Shown piece after piece: positions 63,770 through 64,000 of a DNA stretch of 64,000 nucleotides (its first letter is position 1; every line of letters starts with the position of its first letter). The translations under genes were made by a program, and so were the position numbers. Source of the DNA: Mustelus asterias (Eukaryota); NCBI RefSeq assembly GCF_964213995.1, contig NC_135830.1, positions 10,106,001-10,170,000 of the forward strand, in the 5' to 3' direction. The notes beneath the pieces are model-generated. The model did not search any database, was not told the DNA's origin, and was given only the letters and a program-made list of their open reading frames with translations.

Positions 63770-64000
63770 ACAAACTTTTGCATTGTGACGTCAATGGAGG
63801 CCTGCCTATATCAGCCAATAGGAATCAGTCTGCACCGCAGGCCTGGGCGCGCGGACACGGGAGTCCCGCCCCCACCTATTGTTCCCCTCCCTCTGCACCT
63901 CCTCGAGCCAAGGTTTCCGGGCAACCGGCTGGCGGCTCCGGCCAGAGCGAGAAGCCGCTCGGTGATCTCCCCCACCCCCCTCTCTCTACGGCGGCTGCTG
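63770..64000 (-). promoter_or_regulatory. CpG-rich promoter-like region upstream of the 61409-62248 gene
   Basis: CRE palindrome TGACGTCA ~63787, AGCCAAT ~63813, CCCGCCCC ~63865, high CpG density. Confidence 0.55.

Overview
Eukaryotic vertebrate DNA, almost certainly a shark/elasmobranch, given abundant HE1-type V-SINEs, a SacSINE/DeuSINE-like element and CR1/L2/Rex1/Tx1 LINE and Penelope-like fragments. The window is a birth-and-death cluster of C2H2 zinc-finger genes with no KRAB/SCAN/BTB domain visible. There are seven finger-array genes: four intact ORFs, two with a distal frameshift, and one with a nonsense codon plus a frameshift. Several relics are also present. Most genes are preceded by a copy of one duplicated CpG-rich promoter cassette (ZNF143/Staf, NRF1 and YY1 motifs), and two pairs are head-to-head. 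The less obvious signals are RNA-level. (1) Minimal type I hammerhead ribozyme motifs with covarying stems sit in the 3' ends of Penelope-like elements. (2) A second short repeat family carries a hammerhead-like motif with a U3-A8 compensatory core. (3) These insertions show systematic 5' fold-back structures and 13-bp TSDs. (4) There is a probable pre-tRNA-Asn/HE1-SINE chimeric retrocopy. All calls come from reading the sequence by eye; no database searches were run, and repeat boundaries are approximate.
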